Below are positions 1 through 8,030 of a DNA stretch of 18,334 nucleotides, piece after piece. Both the position numbers and the translations under genes were made by a program. The stretch is from a virus (Duplodnaviria > Heunggongvirae > Uroviricota > Caudoviricetes). The first letter of the stretch is position 1; the number at the start of each line of letters is the position of its first letter. The notes beneath the pieces are model-generated. The model saw only the letters and a program-made list of their open reading frames with translations, was not told the DNA's origin and did no database searches. The stretch is taken from the IMG/VR virus record IMGVR_UViG_2651869725_000022, positions 1-18,334 of that record; one strand, written 5' to 3'.

Positions 1-183
1 GGCCCGTTCAGCCAGGTCCTTGTCGAAGCGGTAACGAAACGACTTACTTTTTTCCGCCATCAGGTCATCAAGATGGCGCTGGCAGGCCTGAATCACAAAC
101 TGGCAGGCCACAATCTTTCCGCGCACGACATCACGGGCATACTGATTGGCAGCATTTACGTTGGGGTAAGATTTCCGGCTCAT
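1..183 (-). CDS. Terminase large subunit, N-terminal fragment (gene continues beyond window start)
   Basis: Minus-strand frame open from 207 to the window edge; ATG at 181-183 overlaps the stop of the upstream small-subunit gene (ATGA coupling). Translation begins [49 protein letters not shown], which I recall as typical of HK97-family TerL N-termini. Position directly downstream of TerS supports the call. Confidence 0.55.
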
Positions 184-674
184 GATTCGATAATTTTCAG
201 AAACGGGTTAGTAGCTTTCTTCTGCCCCGCCAGGCCAATCAGACGCTGGCGGCTGCTGGGGTCGAGTCCGAGCATTGCCCCCGTGCTGCTCATCTCGGAC
301 TCCTGTTCTTTTTTGGCGGTCAGCTCCGGATTTTTGACCCTGCCGCCCATTGCACCGGTGATGGTGTTGCCCTGTATGGCAATATTTTTCACGGCACGTC
401 GCCAGAACTCATAGGCCACGCACCACCGCTCAAGCACTGCGAGGTCAGTCACGCACAGCAGGCCCTGACCGCAGAGTTCTTTGGTTGTCAGTTGCCACAT
501 GATCGTGGCGAGAGGGAGATCTTCTTCAGCGAACCACTCTGGTGGCTCAACACCTTTGATGGGCGTAAAAACAGGTTCATCTTTGTTCAGGGCTCGCTTG
601 CCGGGGTTTCCGGCCAGCGCCTTGCGCGCCGTTGGCTTGGGGCGACGCCCGGAACGCCCCGCCGTTCCAGCCAT
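180..674 (-). CDS. Terminase small subunit (P27-like family)
   Basis: ORF 180-683; the preferred start is the ATG at 674, which has an AGGAG about 8 nt upstream (the GTG at 683 is too close to the RBS). Basic, Gly-rich N-terminus and overall composition resemble P27-type TerS. Located between the HNH endonuclease and TerL as in HK97-like phages. Confidence 0.7.
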
Positions 675-799
675 ATGCGGCACTCCTGGTTAAATTTCAT
701 TTTTCGCGGGTATAAAAAAACGATGGGGCGGGCAGTCCGGAAGACGTCAGGCTGCAGGGATTTGACCCGCCCCTCCCCTCAGGCAGTTGAGAATTATTA

Positions 800-1150
800 T
801 CACTTTAACCGTTCACGGGCCGTCTTCGCCTTATGACACGGCCAGCACAGACTCTGCAGATTACTGTCAGCATCAGTGCCGCCATGCGCTTTAGGGATGA
901 TGTGGTCAACAGTTTTCGCCTCACGCACCACACCAGCACGCAGACATAACTGACACAGACCTTTGTCACGCTTCAGAACACGCGCGCGGATACTGTCCCA
1001 CTTCGAACCGTAGCCGCGCTGATGACGGGATTGTCCAGGTTTGTATTGCTTCCAGCCTTCGCTTTTGTGGCTTTCGCAGTAGCCTGAAGGGTCAGTAGTG
1101 GTATGGCGGCAGCCGCGAACACGGCAGGCTTTCGGGGTTCGTGGCGGCAT
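800..1150 (-). CDS. HNH endonuclease (packaging-associated)
   Basis: 116 aa with Cys-rich N-terminus (CRVRGCRH...CESH) and a C-terminal HNH motif (DHIIPKAHGGTDADSNLQSLCWPCHKAK). Sits immediately upstream of the terminase genes, the usual arrangement in cos phages. Confidence 0.8.
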   Translation of the reverse strand: MPPRTPKACRVRGCRHTTTDPSGYCESHKSEGWKQYKPGQSRHQRGYGSKWDSIRARVLKRDKGLCQLCLRAGVVREAKTVDHIIPKAHGGTDADSNLQSLCWPCHKAKTARERLK

Positions 1151-1199
1151 TAATGCTTCCCTTTAAGTTATTACGATGGAACAGACCATAGAAATGGCA

Positions 1200-1223
1200 A
1201 TAAAAAACCGCCCGGAGGCGGTT
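1200..1223 (-). terminator. Intrinsic terminator downstream of the 106-aa gene
   Basis: Plus-strand AAAAAACCGCC-cgga-GGCGGTT; on the minus strand this is a GC stem followed by a T-run (TTTTTTATT). Confidence 0.55.
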
Positions 1224-1242
1224 CAATTATCATCTCGATAAA

Positions 1243-1563
1243 CTAAATCAGATCACCAATGTATTTTGCACTAATTGAAATTTGCATCTGAGGCATTCCG
1301 ACCACAGATCCATTTAACAGGTAATCACGTCCTCGTTCCTGCAAAGAAAGACTCAATTCAAAGTTCTTTACCCCAGGGAAAACCGAGGTGGCATTTAAAT
1401 CATGCTGCGATACGCGCAGAATAAGTTGGCTACCGTCAACTTTTCCCTGATACGTAAAACCAAAATCTCCGCCGTTTACTGCATTGTTTTTGACAACTAC
1501 GGTACCATTACCAAAATCACGCTGATTGCTTCTGAAAACAACAAAATAGATACCATCTTTCAT
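1243..1563 (-). CDS. Hypothetical protein (106 aa) between spanins and HNH
   Basis: Intact ORF followed by a terminator; no family recognised by eye. Weak RBS. Confidence 0.4.
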   Translation of the reverse strand: MKDGIYFVVFRSNQRDFGNGTVVVKNNAVNGGDFGFTYQGKVDGSQLILRVSQHDLNATSVFPGVKNFELSLSLQERGRDYLLNGSVVGMPQMQISISAKYIGDLI

Positions 1564-1655
1564 GTGTAAAGCCCTTTAAAAGAGTCACCAAAATCAGGTG
1601 CTTTGTATCTATTGGGCCATCACATATCAAATCAAGGAACAAAACAAAGTTAACA

Positions 1656-1925
1656 TCATTTTTTTTGCATGATGTGACCACGCTCAACTTCAATCCTTCT
1701 GATGTCAGCTTTATCGGTATTACATTGCGCCAATGCAGACAACAAGGCGACATTCAGATCTAAGCTCGAGCCCCACGTAAAATGATTAGGTAAATCAGGC
1801 TGAGGGGTTTCAGCCGTCAGGCTGGCTGGTAACGGAACTACCGGAACCTGGACGTAAACTGTTCGCGTACTTCCGCAACCGGTCAGCAGCGGCAGCAGGC
1901 ACAGGACGTGAAGCACAATCATCAT
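1656..1925 (-). CDS. Outer-membrane spanin (Rz1-like lipoprotein), overlapping Rz in another frame
   Basis: Frame 1656-1991 overlaps the 3' part of the Rz-like gene. Contains a lipobox (LLPLLTGC) followed by a Pro-rich stretch (VPVVPLPASLTAETPQPDLP). Start placed at the internal Met-Met (1925); the exact start is uncertain. Confidence 0.55.
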   Translation of the reverse strand: MMIVLHVLCLLPLLTGCGSTRTVYVQVPVVPLPASLTAETPQPDLPNHFTWGSSLDLNVALLSALAQCNTDKADIRRIEVERGHIMQKK

Positions 1926-2202
1926 CCGCAACAGCCACTTTGATATCTTTCTGGGTTCTCTGTGACTCCAGTGCGATCTGCTGTTTTGCATGTTGATTCG
2001 CCTCCTGAATGATGTTCGTTATTGCCATAGTACGCAGAACATTCGCGGTGATAGCCTCAGTAGAATCAGCTCGCTGTTCCGCAGCATCAGCACGCTTCTG
2101 CTCCTCCAGAAACTTTCCATGATAGTGATTCGCTGACCAGACAAGACCACCAGCGACACAAGCAATAAACGTTAAAATGAGCGCCCAATAACTCATCTTC
2201 AT
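1810..2202 (-). CDS. Inner-membrane spanin (Rz-like)
   Basis: 130 aa with an N-terminal transmembrane helix (WALILTFIACVAGGLVW), then a charged, coiled-coil-like region. Immediately downstream of the endolysin, with the lipoprotein frame overlapping. Confidence 0.6.
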   Translation of the reverse strand: MKMSYWALILTFIACVAGGLVWSANHYHGKFLEEQKRADAAEQRADSTEAITANVLRTMAITNIIQEANQHAKQQIALESQRTQKDIKVAVADDDCASRPVPAAAADRLRKYANSLRPGSGSSVTSQPDG

Positions 2203-2813
2203 ACCAGCAGCGCCGCCCGCGCCTTGTTGTATCGGACCTTACGATCCTCAATACCGTTCAAACCGCCGTTAATGATGCGCGTAACACGGTTAATATCGGC
2301 ACCGTAGATCATGCAACCTTTAGAGGTGTAGAACCATGCAGCTGAGCGCGCAGCCTGTAGTTCCTGTTCCAGTTGTTCAGGTGAAGTCACCAGATCTAAC
2401 TTCAGCGCCGCGCCACAGATGCGATAATTATGGAGGCCAGTGATTTGAATTAATCCTCTACCGCGATATTTCCAGCCATCACCGGGTGCTTTGTTACCCA
2501 GCCGGTTGCTATACACCAGATTGGCAATAGCATCCTGGCGAGCTGCATGTCCGGATGTTCTGCCAAGGGCATCAGCCTGCTGCTGTGTGATCCTCTTTCC
2601 GAACGTCGCCACCAGCGCAGATGGCGTGTAGTTAAAATTTTCAACTACGGCGCTAAACCCCATCGACTCATGGCCTACCTGAGCGATAAACATTGCCTGA
2701 TCCGCTGGTGCTGTAATGCCGAATTCCTTCATCGCCGCATCAATGTGCGGAAACCAGCGCGCAGCCAGCCCGGCGCTAATACCAGCCGCCTTTTGAAATA
2801 ATTGTTGGTTCAT
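2199..2813 (-). CDS. Endolysin, glycoside hydrolase family 19 (chitinase-like lysozyme)
   Basis: 204 aa; motifs FIAQVGHES and YRGRGLIQITGLHNY are characteristic of GH19 phage endolysins. Flanked by holin-like and spanin genes; 4-bp overlap with the Rz-like start. Confidence 0.8.
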   Translation of the reverse strand: MNQQLFQKAAGISAGLAARWFPHIDAAMKEFGITAPADQAMFIAQVGHESMGFSAVVENFNYTPSALVATFGKRITQQQADALGRTSGHAARQDAIANLVYSNRLGNKAPGDGWKYRGRGLIQITGLHNYRICGAALKLDLVTSPEQLEQELQAARSAAWFYTSKGCMIYGADINRVTRIINGGLNGIEDRKVRYNKARAALLV

Positions 2814-3094
2814 TAGTGCCTCAGATGATCAACCAGACGTGCAACGTTGCCTCTGACAGCCACCAGCACGGAAAGAAAAATAGTGTTCGCCACGATAATG
2901 GGCCATGAGGAATGGGGATAAATCCCACAGAGATAGGCCAACGGAACAGCACTGTATGTAACAGTAATCAGCCAGGCTAAACGTGAAACCCAAGGACGAT
3001 GCCGCGAATCACCACGACGATAAAACATCAGAGTAATAACAACACAAGCACATAACAGCGCATTTATAGTTGCTGTCGGGTCATTTAGCTCCAC
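2813..3094 (-). CDS. Small membrane protein of the lysis cassette (holin/antiholin-like)
   Basis: 93 aa with at least two hydrophobic helices (INALLCACVVITLMF; IIVANTIFLSVLVAV). Lies between the putative holin and the endolysin, with start/stop overlaps on both sides. Confidence 0.45.
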   Translation of the reverse strand: MELNDPTATINALLCACVVITLMFYRRGDSRHRPWVSRLAWLITVTYSAVPLAYLCGIYPHSSWPIIVANTIFLSVLVAVRGNVARLVDHLRH

Positions 3095-3467
3095 CTGAAC
3101 CTCCCCGGCGCGTTATGAGCGCCACCAGCGAGCCGATATCCTGATTATTCAGGAACGTCAGGATTTTAACGGCTAAAGCAGAGACGATTACGGCACCAAT
3201 AGCATCCAGAGGTTTATCACTGTATCCGGTCAAGTTCGCCAGCTTGGAGCCAACCAACCCAGAGCAAAGAATCCCGGCAATATATGACACGATAAAATAT
3301 GCCAGTCGGCGCGATGCACTCAGATCTGCAGCTGTTGCTATGTAGAATACAGCCCCTGCAAATGCGCCAAATACAACGCCGTAATCAGTTCCGGTCAGCA
3401 GTCCATAAACACTGGCACCCGTCAGGGCACCACCAGCCAGCCCAGTACCGGAAATCGGATCGGACAT
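3081..3467 (-). CDS. Putative holin (Gly-rich multi-pass membrane protein)
   Basis: 128 aa, Gly/Ala-rich hydrophobic segments. First gene of the lysis cassette, with a GAGGGGG RBS 5 nt upstream of the ATG at 3467. Confidence 0.5.
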   Translation of the reverse strand: MSDPISGTGLAGGALTGASVYGLLTGTDYGVVFGAFAGAVFYIATAADLSASRRLAYFIVSYIAGILCSGLVGSKLANLTGYSDKPLDAIGAVIVSALAVKILTFLNNQDIGSLVALITRRGGSGGAK

Positions 3468-3510
3468 TTAGCCCCCTCTTAATTGCTGTTGGTCCTCTCA
3501 GAACGAGGGG

Positions 3511-3540
3511 AAACAAAAAAGGCCGCATTAAGGCGGCCTT
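3511..3540 (-). terminator. Intrinsic terminator downstream of the accessory gene 3558-4154
   Basis: 8-bp GC stem AAGGCCGC / GCGGCCTT (3519-3540) with a 6-nt loop; on the minus strand it is followed by TTTTTTGTTT. Confidence 0.65.
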
Positions 3541-3557
3541 GGTGAGGTATAGTTTTT

Positions 3558-4154
3558 TTAAGATAAACTTTGATTGATATACTCATGACACCCAAAAATA
3601 AAGGCGTTTTGTGCATCAATAAATGACTTTTTTTCTTCCGGAGTAAAATACCCTTTTGTAAAACATACTTTTAGCGCTTTTTGAAGATCTGCCGTCAGGG
3701 TTATCAACTTACAACCTTCCTCATCAGGCCTTATTAATAGAAGTAATTTATTTTTACTTATTTCAGCGGCCTTTATTGGAACTTGAATCTCCTCAGGGAA
3801 AACACCCTTAGCCAATATATCCATATTCTTATTTCCGACCAGATGCCATTGCTCAAATGTGCTGGCCAACATAATTACGTCTGTCACATGCTCAGCGCCA
3901 GCAAAACGTATTTGTTGCGCCAATTCTTTATTAGTATTCAAGTGAGCCTGTAATGTGGCTAAGGCAAAATTTTCTTTGATTGCCCTGTATGCAACCCAAC
4001 CAGTTATTCCTGCGGCAATAACGCCTGCAAGAGCAGTAATGAGTGTTTCAAAAGGAAAGGAAGAACTGATTTCAATTGGCGGTAATTTTTCTATTACCAA
4101 GGTCAACTCGCCAGTAGTTTTTTCGAAAGCGTACGGTACGTTTTGCCAAGTCAT
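3558..4154 (-). CDS. Hypothetical membrane-anchored protein (198 aa); accessory gene between Q and the lysis cassette
   Basis: Strong RBS (AGGAGG 4 nt before the ATG at 4154). One predicted transmembrane helix (LITALAGVIAAGITGWVAYRAI) near the N-terminus, then a soluble domain of about 140 aa. Visibly more AT-rich than its neighbours and flanked by intrinsic terminators. No family recognised. Confidence 0.6.
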   Translation of the reverse strand: MTWQNVPYAFEKTTGELTLVIEKLPPIEISSSFPFETLITALAGVIAAGITGWVAYRAIKENFALATLQAHLNTNKELAQQIRFAGAEHVTDVIMLASTFEQWHLVGNKNMDILAKGVFPEEIQVPIKAAEISKNKLLLLIRPDEEGCKLITLTADLQKALKVCFTKGYFTPEEKKSFIDAQNAFIFGCHEYINQSLS

Positions 4155-4182
4155 GAAGCCTCCTGAGTTTCAGAGGAATCAT

Positions 4183-4208
4183 AACAAAAAAACCCGCTCA
4201 ATGGCGGG
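4183..4208 (-). terminator. Intrinsic terminator just downstream of Q (tR'-like position)
   Basis: Plus strand AAAAAAA-CCCGC-tcaatg-GCGGG; on the minus strand the stem is followed by seven Ts. Lies between the Q stop (4261) and the next start (4154), as tR' does in lambda. Confidence 0.5.
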
Positions 4209-4260
4209 CTCTTAATGTTGTGTTGCTCAGTTCGCTTTAACGTCCCGAGCCTACCACAAT

Positions 4261-4839
4261 TTAAGCACTTTCTTGCTCACTCTGCAACTTAAATCTGTCG
4301 CTATTTGTGCCGAATGCGTCACAAACTGGAGCGTACAGGATCGATTCTGCAAGACTTAGCCAAGTGTCAATGCGTCGACGACAGGTGATCAGCGGCCAGT
4401 CAGGATGTTTAGCCTGCAGTTCATTGGCCATCTGCAACTTGCTCTTACGAAGACGATACCGGTCAACAATCACGCTATAGAGCGATCGGTAGTCATCATT
4501 CATCAGTACTGAAGCAATGACACCGTCCACTAACAACCCTTCTTCATCTGAACAGAACGCCAGGCCGCTTTTATTTTTGCTGTTGAGAATTTCACGCAGG
4601 TACGCTTCAAGTTCAGGCTTGGTGATACCCGCTATCTTCATCCGGCGTAGCGCTTCATTGATAGCTGTCTTGGTGATTTTCCCGGATGCCAGAAGCTGGT
4701 TAAACATGTTTCCACCACTACCACCGCCGATATAAGACCAGCGGCCCCACATGCGCAACTTGCCTTGTATCCAGATACTTTCCAGAGTACGAAGGCGAAC
4801 CATTTCACCTGATTTGCCAACTTCAGAAGGATTAATCAT
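4261..4839 (-). CDS. Late-gene antitermination protein Q-like
   Basis: 192 aa. Position (end of nin region, directly upstream of terminator and lysis genes) plus recalled resemblance to Q-family antiterminators (LRMWGRWSY...GGGSGG region, Cys/His pairs near the C-terminus). Family assignment is from memory. Confidence 0.55.
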   Translation of the reverse strand: MINPSEVGKSGEMVRLRTLESIWIQGKLRMWGRWSYIGGGSGGNMFNQLLASGKITKTAINEALRRMKIAGITKPELEAYLREILNSKNKSGLAFCSDEEGLLVDGVIASVLMNDDYRSLYSVIVDRYRLRKSKLQMANELQAKHPDWPLITCRRRIDTWLSLAESILYAPVCDAFGTNSDRFKLQSEQESA

Positions 4840-4853
4840 TTAGCATTCTCCAC

Positions 4854-5849
4854 TTACGCCAGTACGCCTATTGCCAGCGCACGATCGATAAAACGAAATA
4901 TCAGCTCCAGCTGGGAGCCATACTTCTCTTCAAATGCCACGGTATCCGCATGCAGCTCGTCGTGATGCTTTCTGCACAAAGGCAACACAAAGAGGTAATG
5001 CGCTTTTGTACCCATTCCACCCTGACCGTGACCTATCAGGTGGTGGGGATCATCAGCAGGCTTTCCACAACATGCACACGGCTGTGTCTTAACCCAGCGC
5101 GTGTACTTTTCATTAACCCAGCGGCGACGTTTTGGGCGTAACATAAAAGACTCCGGCGACTCCGGATCCACTTTCAGCGCCAGCACCTTTTTTGCCTTAT
5201 CCTGGATGATGCTGGTGGCAGGAACCGAAGGCACAAGGTCACTTTCCCGGGTGACAGACGGCACAACAGGCTTCGGTAATCTCAGTGCCTTACGGGCTGC
5301 ACTTTCCGGTAAGGCACCCGCCAGGTCATTACGAATCAGCCACCAGCACAGTTCCGGCATTGTCACAGCGTGACTATCATCAAAACCGAGATCCCGACGC
5401 ACAACAGACAACACCCAGCGGGCACAGTTATCCGTTGCCATTGATTCCAGCCGTTCCGTGAACTGATCGCGCAGCTGGTTATCGCAGTGCCAGCACAGAC
5501 GGATTGCACCCGGCGCGTGTCGCATTGTGGTCATGTTCTCGCTGTGCCAGTCGGAATGAGGCCACTGGCAGCCTTTTTCACGAAGTAACCAGCTTTCAAG
5601 ACATTCCACGCCACCAGCACGACGGATCACTGCCTCATTGCGGAACACGGCCCGAACGGCAGGATCATCCGCCAGCGGTTGTGATGCCGCCGGAACAGCA
5701 CCACTGGCGAAAGATGAATAACGTTCCGGCTCAGGCTCCAGCAGGACACGCCCCTGCATAAACAGGGGCATCAGCTCTGAACCTGGTCTGAACAATACGA
5801 TCCCCATACGCGGGGCAATTTCAGGGGTCAGTAGTGCTCTCACGGTCAC
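4854..5849 (-). CDS. DUF968-family (YdfU-like) protein with C-terminal HNH-like Cys/His motif
   Basis: 331 aa; C-terminal CACCGKPADDPHHLIGHGQGGMGTKAHYLFVLPLCRKHHDELH resembles a zinc-binding HNH-type nuclease motif. I recall this architecture from YdfU-like prophage proteins in the nin region. Confidence 0.55.
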   Translation of the reverse strand: MTVRALLTPEIAPRMGIVLFRPGSELMPLFMQGRVLLEPEPERYSSFASGAVPAASQPLADDPAVRAVFRNEAVIRRAGGVECLESWLLREKGCQWPHSDWHSENMTTMRHAPGAIRLCWHCDNQLRDQFTERLESMATDNCARWVLSVVRRDLGFDDSHAVTMPELCWWLIRNDLAGALPESAARKALRLPKPVVPSVTRESDLVPSVPATSIIQDKAKKVLALKVDPESPESFMLRPKRRRWVNEKYTRWVKTQPCACCGKPADDPHHLIGHGQGGMGTKAHYLFVLPLCRKHHDELHADTVAFEEKYGSQLELIFRFIDRALAIGVLA

Positions 5850-5850
5850 C

Positions 5851-6648
5851 TCAATGAACGATATCGAGCAGCTTTAACAGCTCAGGGAATCGGGATTCGA
5901 AGAAATGCGGCTGCGTCTCGCGCGGATTTGCGGGACTGGTGATGTTCTTGCCGAACATGCAGCCTTTCGCTGTCAGCGACCAGAATTTTTTGATGTTGTT
6001 AATCGCGGTACGGCTGTATCGTTCGCGCTGCTCGACGATCCCCAGCTTCACCATCTGGTGATATGCCTGATTAGCCGTCAGGCGTATACCATACTGTTTC
6101 AGCAGTGCACTCAGTGACAGTGTCGGGCGACTTGAGCCATCGTGTGCATCAGCAGGAGCATCAATGGCATAGCGCGGTGCCAGATTCGGTAAGCCAACAG
6201 CCTCCTGGAGTTTCTGACAGGCACCAAGCACTGAAGAGTTAGACAGGTTTAATTCCCGGCGCATAAAGTCCAGCAGAATCACACCAGCCTGCATCTTGTC
6301 AGCAGCCTGTCCGGATAATTTTTCCGGTGCGCTGGTTACCATATCGAAAGTACGGATCACCTTCAGATGGAATGACGGGCTGATCCACATTGCATAGGCA
6401 TACACCAGTTCTTTGCAGACATACGTCCCCTGGTTATTTCCGCCACGAATAACGTTAACTGGCTCTATATTGACCGAGTTGCAAATCTGCAACTCGCTTA
6501 TTAAACGTTCAGTTTGCTCATTGCGGAGCCAGAATGCAGGCTTATGCTTATCCAGAGAACCGGCAGCCCTGTGCAGATCGTTCAGGCTGTAACGCCCATA
6601 AGCATCACGACGAACTTCAATACCATCAATGACCATCAGATTATTCAT
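5851..6648 (-). CDS. KilA-N domain protein (antirepressor-like)
   Basis: Preferred start is the ATG at 6648 (GAGGAGA RBS 8 nt upstream); the longer ORF to 6750 is probably read-through. N-terminal MNNLMVIDGIEVRRDAYGRYSLNDLHRAAG...GTYVCKELVYAYAMWISPSFHLKV matches the KilA-N signature. Confidence 0.65.
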   Translation of the reverse strand: MNNLMVIDGIEVRRDAYGRYSLNDLHRAAGSLDKHKPAFWLRNEQTERLISELQICNSVNIEPVNVIRGGNNQGTYVCKELVYAYAMWISPSFHLKVIRTFDMVTSAPEKLSGQAADKMQAGVILLDFMRRELNLSNSSVLGACQKLQEAVGLPNLAPRYAIDAPADAHDGSSRPTLSLSALLKQYGIRLTANQAYHQMVKLGIVEQRERYSRTAINNIKKFWSLTAKGCMFGKNITSPANPRETQPHFFESRFPELLKLLDIVH

Positions 6649-6667
6649 ACTTCGTTTCTCCTCTTGA

Positions 6668-7057
6668 TCAGGCGGCTGCACCCGCCGTTTTCTCGTACTT
6701 ACTGATAGTGATCTCGATCTTCCCTCCCGGGATAACCGGTCCCCACTCAACCAGCATTCTTTTCACCTGACTGTCGTCTTCCCACACACCCGCGTGGGTC
6801 AGGGCGTCAAACAGCGCCTTGTTATAGTTGTCCAGATCGCGGATCCGGTTATCCGGAGGAAACAACACGATCTCCACTGAAGCAGGTGCCGACGTTGGTT
6901 TCGGCAGGCGACGTAACTGCTCAACTATTGCTGCGCACGCCGCGCTCTGGAATTTGCGCCCCGCTGCGCTTATCAGACTCTTACCAGCAAACGCCCCTTT
7001 GTTGGGGTGTCGCCAGTACGTGTTCACGCTGGGCGGGAAAGGCAAGATCAGCTTCAT
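6668..7057 (-). CDS. rusA: Holliday junction resolvase RusA
   Basis: 129 aa starting MKLILPFPPSVNTYWRH; conserved RusA N-terminal motif and acidic catalytic residues (DLDNY, DALT). 4-bp overlap with the upstream gene. Confidence 0.85.
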   Translation of the reverse strand: MKLILPFPPSVNTYWRHPNKGAFAGKSLISAAGRKFQSAACAAIVEQLRRLPKPTSAPASVEIVLFPPDNRIRDLDNYNKALFDALTHAGVWEDDSQVKRMLVEWGPVIPGGKIEITISKYEKTAGAAA

Positions 7058-7380
7058 ACTTTCAGGCCCCTCTCATGTAACCAGTGGGCTGCACGCAGCC
7101 TGCCGTTTTCCTCACCGGCAAGCAGTGCGCGGATAATCCCGACCGCCTCGCTGTCGTCGTCCTTCACCGCGGTATGAAGCGTTATCCCCCGGGCCACGCC
7201 ACGCTTTATCGTGATGACGCCTTTTTTCTCCAGTGCACGAAGATGCTCTACCGCTGCATTCACTGAACGGTATCCCAGCATGGTTGCCACCTCCTGATTG
7301 GTTGGCGGAAAGCCACGCTCTTTCTGATAAGAAATCAGCATATCCAGCACCTGCTGCTGGCATTGAGTTAACGTCGTCAT
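7054..7380 (-). CDS. LexA N-terminal DNA-binding domain homolog lacking the S24 peptidase domain
   Basis: 108 aa; residues about 3-70 align closely by eye with the E. coli LexA winged-helix domain (LTxxQQxVxDxI...GxPPTxxExAxxLGxRSxNAAxEHLxALxxKGVIxIxxGxxRGIxL). No Ala-Gly cleavage site or Ser/Lys dyad follows. ATGA overlap with the Dam gene stop. Confidence 0.6.
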   Translation of the reverse strand: MTTLTQCQQQVLDMLISYQKERGFPPTNQEVATMLGYRSVNAAVEHLRALEKKGVITIKRGVARGITLHTAVKDDDSEAVGIIRALLAGEENGRLRAAHWLHERGLKV

Positions 7381-8030
7381 GCCGCCATCTCCCTGACCAG
7401 TTTTTCCGCCTGCTGGCGAACCTGCGCCAGAAACGCCTCACCACATACCTCAAGTTCATCGCGCCCGATGTAGCTGATTGCCGGTCCCTTCCAGGTCTTA
7501 TCGAAAACAGCAATAGCACCAGCGAAGAAAGCGCCTGTCGGCACCTGCTTCTCATCCTTCGGGATAAACCAGGCAGGCAGTTCAAAACCAATACGCCCGC
7601 GAATAAAAGCAATATGGTCTGCATCTTCCGGCCACCACACTTCGCTGGTGGCAGCTTTGATCAGGAAAACATAGCGCCCACCCTTATCACGCATAGCACT
7701 GGCATGTTTCATGATGTAACGCATGCCGGTGATGTATTGCCCCTCATGCTGACTGGCGCGGCTGTATGGGGGATTACCAAAGGCAGCCCCTTTAAGCTCC
7801 GCAAGACGTTCTGACCAGTCATGCGCCAGCGCGTTGTCTTCCGCCGTGTAATACGCAGCACATTTGGCGTTATCACCGTCAGTGAACAGATCCAGAACAA
7901 ACGGGCCAAACAGGGTGTTAATTCCCCAGAAAATGTTGTCCGGCGTGCGCCACTGATCGCCCACTTCCTTCAGTTCATGGGCTGGTTTGTTCCGCAGCTC
8001 CACCAGCGCCCGGCAATATTTATTACTCAT
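7377..8030 (-). CDS. Phage DNA N6-adenine methyltransferase (Dam-like)
   Basis: Preferred start at 8030 (MSNKYC...), overlapping the upstream stop as TAATG. Contains the catalytic NPPY motif (FGNPPYSR) typical of N6-adenine/N4-cytosine methyltransferases. Confidence 0.7.
   Translation of the reverse strand: MSNKYCRALVELRNKPAHELKEVGDQWRTPDNIFWGINTLFGPFVLDLFTDGDNAKCAAYYTAEDNALAHDWSERLAELKGAAFGNPPYSRASQHEGQYITGMRYIMKHASAMRDKGGRYVFLIKAATSEVWWPEDADHIAFIRGRIGFELPAWFIPKDEKQVPTGAFFAGAIAVFDKTWKGPAISYIGRDELEVCGEAFLAQVRQQAEKLVREMAA

Noticed and set aside
1517-1753. 78-aa minus-strand ORF spanning the gap between the 106-aa gene and the Rz1-like gene
   Set aside because: It overlaps both neighbouring genes in a different frame and has no RBS. 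The Rz1-like frame with its lipobox better explains this region.
4950-5761. Plus-strand ORFs 4950-5141, 5101-5373 and 5504-5761 opposite the DUF968 gene
   Set aside because: They are embedded antisense within a long, motif-supported minus-strand gene, with no RBS and low-complexity translations.
7112-7814. ORFs 7112-7624 (minus, 170 aa) and 7233-7814 (plus, 193 aa)
   Set aside because: They overlap the well-supported LexA-like and Dam genes in other frames or on the opposite strand, and they lack RBSs and recognisable motifs.
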